Part shown: piece by piece, positions 61,301 through 64,000 of the stretch
Layout of the letters: the number at the start of each line of letters is the position of its first letter
Position numbering within the stretch: position 1 is the stretch's first letter
Origin: Rotaria socialis
Lineage: Eukaryota
Assembly: GCA_905331295.1 (NCBI GenBank)
Contig: CAJNYD010000223.1
Location: 124,001-188,000, forward strand
Direction: 5' to 3'
Length of the DNA stretch: 64,000 bases
Position numbers and translations under genes: made by a program
Notes under the pieces: generated by a model
Told to the model about the DNA's origin: nothing
The model's database searches: none
What the model saw: the letters and a program-made list of their open reading frames with translations, nothing else

Positions 61301-64000
61301 TATTGAACAAGGCGTCTTTGCACTGAACCACTATAATTGTAAGAATCTTGAGAAACTGCGTTCATTCAATAGTCTACTACGCTGTATAAAGACTCTATTG
61401 CCCAATGATTTATTTTTGACAACATTCAACGATGCTTGTTTGTATGGAGGCTTTATCGGAACATTTACAACGTGTGAGAAGATTGATACGTTTATTAAGC
61501 ACTTGAGTGGAATGATATCAGGAGCTAAATCAATTGTAAGTAAAGATATTGTTGAACGAACATTAATTAAGCTTGAAGTTGAATTTTTAAAAAATTGGCT
61601 CATTGATCATCCTGATAAATATGAGAATGTTCTTCGTCTAATTAACGACGAAGAAAATGATTTGTGGTTATATTCCACAAAAATATTTCTTTATTTGGAT
61701 AAAAAGTTTGATATTATGTCATCAATTAAGAGAGATAATGGAAATATTACGTCGATAGATGGTTTTGAAGAACTAAATGGATCTATTAAACGTATACCAA
61801 CTGGAAAGATTCATCATTTAATGGTCAATTATATACATATGCATCTAATGGTCGATCGTGACAAAAACATTGAAACTATTGAGAAAAAAATTGAAGTTCA
61901 GTTTGAAAGCTTTAAAGAAAATATAAAACTTTTGCAAGATAATATCAAGCAATCTGAACAAACTCACGATCTTAAAATAGTCTGTTTAATTGCCTGGATT
62001 AAATATTATAGCGAACTTTACGCATGTACATTGAATAATCGTTGTAAAAATAATATGTTAAAGACATTAGATAAATACTTATCCAATGAAGAATCATCAT
62101 TAATTCGAACTATCAAATTATTCATCATAAAACAGCTGTGTCAATTATCAAAACTGAAACTGAGTGAGTTATATGACGTTTATCGAAAACGACAAGTTGT
62201 TTGGATTCATGCGATGCTTGGTGATGAGATGGATTTTCAATCACAACAAAAGTCACAAAATATTATTTTACCAACACCATTATTCAAATTTTATGACAAA
62301 TACAAACAAATTAGTGACATTCTCGATAGCAATCCTACTTTAGATAAACTCAAAAAATTAATTAACACTTGTTCAACTGAACAAGATTCATCATATTGTT
62401 TTCTTATTTGGTTTATAAACTTTTATTCACGATATTCGCTAGAAGATAGAAAAAGTGGTGATCAAATAAAAGAATTCATTTCAAAAAATCTCGAAAAAGA
62501 ATTGATTGCATGTTTCGAATCAGTTGGTTATAAATTTCTTATTGGATTATCGAATAATTTCGATACAACTTCCTACTTTCATTTGAAAGCAACGATGAAA
62601 TCAGTGGAAATTCAACAACGTTTACTTGCACTTCACATATTTGCATTGATTTTATCATTTAAAGCACGTACATCGTCAAACTTTCTTAGTAGTCTTCTCT
62701 TTGATCAAAATCTCAAAGTACCAAACAACTATAATGAATATTTTCAAACATCTATTTGTATTCCGGGTCTTAGATCGGATAATCCAGTTATTACTCAAAT
62801 GATCGATGTACGAACACAAGTTCAGCAACGCTTAAAAACTATCGCACCCATATGGAAAGAAAAACAGTTTATATTCAAATGCTCGGAACGTTGTGATTGG
62901 ATGTTCTATTTCGAAGATTGCGGTCAACCAAATAGTGAAAGTACATGTCCGTTATGTAAAGCAATCATAGGCGGTTTAAGACATACGCTTCATATTCGGA
63001 ATCCACCACAAATAAAAATGTCGATCGACGAGGCAAATGTATTCATTACGCATTTCATTGAGAAACATGATCGAAACATCGCTTTTGGTTATCATACAAT
63101 CAAGCCACCTGAAGAAAGTCAATCTGGAGAAAAATCCGATTATCTTGATCGACCTCTTTCGTTTCGTTTTCTGCATATTATCAGTCATAGCATTCTTCTT
63201 GTTTTACATGAACTTAATCTATTAACCGATTCAAATATGCCTGATCGAACATTTTTTCGAGCACATTTTGAAAAAGATTACGAGTTAATTTGTCAGCAAT
63301 TGGATGATTCAACTTATGGTTGTACGTGGCTGTTCAAACTACTTAATCTTATGATCGATACACAATTTATACTCGATGGCCAACTTGATAGCAGAGAAAA
63401 ATTATTTCGATTCGAAAAAGAATTTGAAAAACAGCTCATTTTCAATTATATCAGTTCCATATCGAACGATATCAAATTGTATTTGAAAAAGTATGCGGAA
63501 CTAGCCCGTAAACAAAGCGAGGTTCCATTAATTAATTTCATTGATGAAATCGCTGAAAACGAACAACGTTTTCCACTTCTAACTTATTTCAATGCGACTG
63601 ATATTTATACAACAAATCCAATTGCTAAATTACTTATGAAACTTGAAAATGTTCCACATGCTAATACATTGTATCCAATGACAACAACTATTATTGAAAA
63701 TCTTGAAGAATATGCCAATATTCGTTATGTTTATCCAATTGTTTCATTTACAAACTATCTCATTGATAAATTCGATCATCGCATTAAACGTAACGATGCA
63801 GCATCTGCAACTATAGTAAACTGTTTTGAAAACGATGAATTGAATACGATGCAGAATGTTTATTTGGACAATGATCAAGAAAGAAAAGCAATGGTGAAAC
63901 TCTATGAAACATTTAGAGACGCTTGGTACAAACTTACATTGAAAAAAGTTCAGTACGGTTGTCATCAAGAAGTGCTCGATCTGAATAACGTCAAAAAAGA
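46304..64000 (+). CDS. RNF213: RNF213/mysterin-like giant AAA+ ATPase / RZ-finger E3 ligase (3' end beyond window)
   Basis: Exons 46304-47351, 47403-48173, 48231-48755, 48815-49606, 51659-55135 and 57001->64000, with phase-compatible junctions where checked. Motifs: IPVLIMGETG|CGKT, WIFFDEFNT, GACNP, RIPVILCGKPGCGKT, FDEIGLAE.SP.NPLKVLH, YDNLYDLFNQN, DPPFLNRFEKH, and an RZ finger at 62880-62984. Orthology versus lineage-specific paralogy is not established. Confidence 0.88.
50637..50912. mobile_element. Degenerate MITE related to the 1467-1785 element, in an RNF213-like intron
   Basis: Shares GAAGCAGTATT / GGAATACTGCTTCC and a 3' CGGAAT(C/G)ATTGAC terminus. Confidence 0.65.
51204..51505. mobile_element. 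hAT-type MITE in an RNF213-like intron
   Basis: TIR CAGTGGCGGCGGAGC / GCTCCGCCGCCCCAG with perfect 8-bp TSD CATTCAGC. Confidence 0.85.
55927..56571. mobile_element. TA-flanked MITE in the intron splitting the Walker A motif
   Basis: CCCCCAC...GTGGGGG ends with TA on both sides and ATAGAAG(C/A)CCC subterminal repeats. Confidence 0.65.

Overview
AT-rich eukaryotic genomic DNA with many ~50-60 nt GT-AG introns. It is most likely from a bdelloid rotifer (inferred from the NHL-repeat gene, the receiver-like+ART+TPR gene family and interstitial (TGTGGG)n, the telomeric repeat described for Adineta). Genes: an intronless NHL-repeat protein, an F-box protein with 15 single-LRR 84-nt exons, importin-13, three ADP-ribosyltransferase/TPR paralogues (one intact, two damaged), a UDP-glycosyltransferase pseudogene split by a Helentron-type (HINE/DINE-like) insertion, a secreted Cys-rich repeat protein, and a giant RNF213-like AAA+/RZ-finger ligase that runs off the 3' end and whose last ~7-kb exon is missing from the ORF track. 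Intergenic DNA is packed with hAT, CMC and Tc1/mariner MITEs, a hAT transposase relic and a truncated Ty3/gypsy LTR+gag. The most striking signal is a small Cys-framed ORF (41278-41796) whose central 114 codons are 108/114 NNT and use all 16 NNT codons, like a naturally randomised, stop-proof library insert; it is a candidate output of an unknown diversification mechanism. Second is a family of ~13 miniature elements bounded by inverted telomere-type repeats, two of which sit exactly where transposon coding sequences break off.
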